Source: Candidatus Anderseniibacteriota bacterium
Lineage (GTDB): Bacteria; Patescibacteriota; Andersenbacteria; UBA10190
DNA: 64,000 bases
Assembly (NCBI GenBank): GCA_021414205.1
Contig: JAIOOW010000002.1
Span: forward strand, 340,171 to 404,170
Direction: 5' to 3'
Part shown: positions 60,906-64,000 of the stretch, piece after piece
Numbering within the stretch: the first letter of the stretch is position 1
Layout of the letters: each line of letters opens with the position of its first letter
Notes under the pieces: generated by a model
Seen by the model: the letters and a program-made list of their open reading frames with translations, nothing else
The model's database searches: none
What the model was told of the DNA's origin: nothing
Translations under genes and position numbers: made by a program

Positions 60906-61855
60906 GCGTCAAGAGAAAATGCTCGCACGATTGCAGGCACTTTTGTATCCGGATGAAAGGCTAGCTCACTACCCGTAAGCACAATTCTGCCATGTTCTGG
61001 AGCGCCGCCCTGATTCTTCCAATGGCGAAATATAACCCACTGCTGGAGACGTTCTGCAATATGCTCAATTCCATCTCCAATCGGTTCAAGCAACAACAAT
61101 TCTACTTGGCGTTTTATAAACTGAATGCTGTTTGGCAAAAAAATAGTGTACTGATGCTGCAATCTTGGCGCGACCGGAACATGCACATACGAATCCATCC
61201 ATCCGGAATTGCGCTGAGTAAACGTACGCTCCACTTCATCATTATAAATAGGAACCAGCATGGCATACTGCATTGCCATGCACACGTTCTGAATATCTTT
61301 TGAAACGGTCAACCTGTCTTTTGCTAAATAATGATTCAGGCAAAGCATATCTGGGGCTTGCTGAGAGTTATATGTTCGACGTCGGCCAAGTAATTGCGAA
61401 ACAATCAACAGCGCAAGACGCGTCGTCCAAATCCTGCCACTATCTACAATAACCAGTATATCTAAGTCGCTGGAATATTTTGTATTATCAATTGCAAGAC
61501 TCCCCGATCCGCCAAGCCCGCGAACGAACGGGACCAATGCCAAAAACGGAGCGCATCTTTTTACAATCTTCCACTTATCCTGAGCGATGGCGTGACGGCG
61601 AAGTCGCTGGCGAATAAGCGGAAGCCGTCCTCGTTTTACAAAGTATCCGAATTGAGTTTCTAGTTTTTCGAGAAGGTACGGCGAATCTCGAAGCGAATCC
61701 TGCACTTCATGCAGCGACGGAGTGCGCTTATAATGAGTCTTTCCTCGAATTAAATACATCCATATCTGCGTCGCCGTTACGGGCATATCGTAGATATCGA
61801 AAAAATGAACGGTATCGTAGATGGATTGTTCAAACTCACTAGGCATCCAAATCAA
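60902..61855 (-). CDS. Nucleotidyltransferase-domain protein (Pol-beta-like NTase fold)
   Basis: GGSGSLAIDNTKYSSDLDILVIVD fits the GS...D.D NTase motif. Confidence 0.45.
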   Translation of the reverse strand: MIWMPSEFEQSIYDTVHFFDIYDMPVTATQIWMYLIRGKTHYKRTPSLHEVQDSLRDSPYLLEKLETQFGYFVKRGRLPLIRQRLRRHAIAQDKWKIVKRCAPFLALVPFVRGLGGSGSLAIDNTKYSSDLDILVIVDSGRIWTTRLALLIVSQLLGRRRTYNSQQAPDMLCLNHYLAKDRLTVSKDIQNVCMAMQYAMLVPIYNDEVERTFTQRNSGWMDSYVHVPVAPRLQHQYTIFLPNSIQFIKRQVELLLLEPIGDGIEHIAERLQQWVIFRHWKNQGGAPEHGRIVLTGSELAFHPDTKVPAIVRAFSLDA

Positions 61856-63548
61856 ATGAGTTATCAGGAGTAGCCGGCTTTATCCCCTCATACACGCGCA
61901 TAATTTCCGCTCCGAATTTATTAACTTGCGTGGTAATTAATTTAATCGATCCTTTATATTTTTGCGCATACTGATCCGCATCCCACATCGTAGACTGCGT
62001 AAAAATAATTTGCTGACCCGCAGGCACGAGCGGCCCTAAGCCTTTGGTGGAATCTGCAACGGAATATAACTGCTTACTATCTAATGAATGATCAGTATAA
62101 TCACTCGCACCCACACTATCTAAGAAATGCGTCGTCTGCGCAAAGTATGGATCGATATCGAGAATCGGCCGAGGATTATTCGGATGACGCTGCGCGTACT
62201 CTTTGATATACGCAGAAATAACTGTTAAATCTCCGCGATATTCGATATATGCCTCCGGACTGTTTCGAGAAATAACAAAATACAGCGAGATATCGTACAT
62301 GCCGAAGACTATGATGATGCCGATAATTGCACCGTAGGCAATGCCAATTATTTTTCTCTTTTTAGCCCATGCAAGTACATATCGAATACAAAGCGCCCCT
62401 GCAAACCCTGCCATAATATAAATAGGCGCTGCCATTCCCACAGAACGCAACGCATGCGGAATACCTTCCGCAGTTGTTACCACAGGCGCCATCATGCCGA
62501 GTAGTACAAGCAATAAATACGGAAATATCATTCCAAGGTGAATTATTTTTCCACTCGTCATTTTTACAAATACATCCCACGTACCCTTCAACACAAACAG
62601 CAATCCTAATACAAACAACAATCCGACTAAAGGATTTAACAGTGGGTAACCGGAAACATTTTGCCGCCAGTTGATATCCCCATGCGTAAAGAACGACAAA
62701 ATTGTTCCTGTTACAGAATATTGGAGCGTACCAAGGAGCGTACCGCCTCCGAATTGCTGTTCAAGTTGCTTGTTAAATATAGATACTTGCCCCGCCCTCC
62801 CAATAAATTCTTTTGGATGATGATAAAAATATGACGCAAGCGGCAAGATAACAAGAATGGCACAGGCAAGAGCAATACCTGCTTGCGATCTATATTTCTT
62901 AATATGAGGCAATCCAATTTTTGGATGCAGTGCGGCAAGCAAGAGCAATACGACTATTCCCAACACAACGCCGATCATCGATCGATATGCAATATAGGTA
63001 TAAAACCCTCCAGAAAACGCAGCTCCAGAAAGCACTGCGTACCAATACGATAATCCGATTTGTTTTTTCTTTACTACTTGCACCACCCTGCCCACAAACC
63101 ACGTGAACAGCGCAACAAATAACGGCACCATAATTGCGCGAAAGCCCGTACGAGATAATGCGACGTGCCATGAGCTAGTTGCCAAAAATGTTGCCGCTAG
63201 TAAACCTGCCAATCTTCCAAAATACACGCTCGTTGCAAAATAGATTGCAATCACCGTCGCAACACCGACTGCAATAGATCCTAAATACATCTGCCACACG
63301 CCAATGCCGAATGCCTTAATTGAGATAGCATCTAAGTAGAAAAACAGAGCCTCTCTGCCATTCCCGCGCGGATAAAACGGCCGCGTATCGCCCTTCAAAA
63401 TAAGAAGCGCATCTTCCCCGTTTGCTGCTACATCCGGAAATAACCCCGCAGGATAGTTTTTAATATCGTATAATCGAACAGCGCCGGCCAATGCACCAAT
63501 TGCAACAATAGCCAGACTCACACCAAGAAGGATAAGCTTTCGCTTCAT
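61839..63548 (-). CDS. Polytopic membrane glycosyltransferase, GT39/ArnT-PMT-like (GT-C fold)
   Basis: More than 10 TM helices; N-terminal RPFYPRGNGREALFFYLDAISIKAFG loop typical of the ArnT/PMT family. Confidence 0.55.
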   Translation of the reverse strand: MKRKLILLGVSLAIVAIGALAGAVRLYDIKNYPAGLFPDVAANGEDALLILKGDTRPFYPRGNGREALFFYLDAISIKAFGIGVWQMYLGSIAVGVATVIAIYFATSVYFGRLAGLLAATFLATSSWHVALSRTGFRAIMVPLFVALFTWFVGRVVQVVKKKQIGLSYWYAVLSGAAFSGGFYTYIAYRSMIGVVLGIVVLLLLAALHPKIGLPHIKKYRSQAGIALACAILVILPLASYFYHHPKEFIGRAGQVSIFNKQLEQQFGGGTLLGTLQYSVTGTILSFFTHGDINWRQNVSGYPLLNPLVGLLFVLGLLFVLKGTWDVFVKMTSGKIIHLGMIFPYLLLVLLGMMAPVVTTAEGIPHALRSVGMAAPIYIMAGFAGALCIRYVLAWAKKRKIIGIAYGAIIGIIIVFGMYDISLYFVISRNSPEAYIEYRGDLTVISAYIKEYAQRHPNNPRPILDIDPYFAQTTHFLDSVGASDYTDHSLDSKQLYSVADSTKGLGPLVPAGQQIIFTQSTMWDADQYAQKYKGSIKLITTQVNKFGAEIMRVYEGIKPATPDNSFDLDA

Positions 63549-63573
63549 GTGCTAAGCATAGCACAACTTGAGC

Positions 63574-64000
63574 CTACAGCGCCTTTTTCAAATACTGCCC
63601 GGTAATACTTGCCTTTACTTCCGCAATTTCGCGTGGAGTTCCTTCTGCAACCAAGTGCCCGCCCTTATCTCCACCATCCGGACCCATGTCAATTAAATGA
63701 TCCGCAGATTTAATAATGTCGATGTTGTGCTCGATCACTAAGACGCTATTGCCTTTATCTACTAGTTTCTGAAGAACGGCGAGCAATCTATTTACGTCAT
63801 CAAAATGCAATCCTGTTGTCGGTTCATCGAGAATATATAACGTTTTACCCGTTGCCCTGCGAGATAATTCCGTTGCAAGTTTAATTCTCTGCGCTTCTCC
63901 TCCGGATAACGTCGTCGCGCTCTGGCCCAAGTGAATATATCCCAACCCTACGTCGCACAATGTCTGCAATTTATCTTTAATAGACGGAATTGCATGGAAG
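63574..64000 (-). CDS. uvrA: Excinuclease ABC subunit A, C-terminal part (gene continues beyond window end)
   Basis: [43 protein letters not shown]...[20 protein letters not shown] is the UvrA C-terminal ABC module. Confidence 0.8.
   Translation of the reverse strand, partial: FHAIPSIKDKLQTLCDVGLGYIHLGQSATTLSGGEAQRIKLATELSRRATGKTLYILDEPTTGLHFDDVNRLLAVLQKLVDKGNSVLVIEHNIDIIKSADHLIDMGPDGGDKGGHLVAEGTPREIAEVKASITGQYLKKAL

Overview
Low-GC bacterial window, mostly minus-strand genes, with many small membrane proteins and DUF-type ORFs consistent with a CPR/Patescibacteria-like genome; this is an inference from gene content only. Core genes: groES-groEL with a CIRCE operator, pyk, gpmI, the dnaG-rpoD operon, glgP-glgA, mscL, an ABC-F ATPase, the uvrA 3' end, and tRNA-Ser(TGA). 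Accessory content: (1) a copper/heavy-metal module, csoR-copA-HMA/DsbD_2-small protein plus a second MBD-less P1B ATPase with an unusual DKTRT motif, carrying a near-perfect CsoR operator palindrome. (2) A probable integrated element ending in tRNA-Asn(GTT): large serine recombinase whose stop overlaps the tRNA 3' end, zinc-ribbon/TOPRIM primase fused to a P-loop domain, DUF5659 and a 770-aa orphan helical protein. (3) Directly adjacent, a minus-strand operon: 3-TM membrane protein, secreted SNase-like nuclease, DUF4238 protein (family with a reported single-gene anti-phage member) and an overlapping 308-aa helical partner. (4) An isolated sugar cassette with an E1/ColD-type 3-dehydratase (PLP Lys replaced by His) and a GT4. 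(5) Duplicated cell-surface cassettes with (TP)n linker repeats and a conserved C-terminal VTAKTG-TM-RK candidate sorting signal. No CRISPR array or rRNA seen. Every family assignment is from motif recall without database searches.
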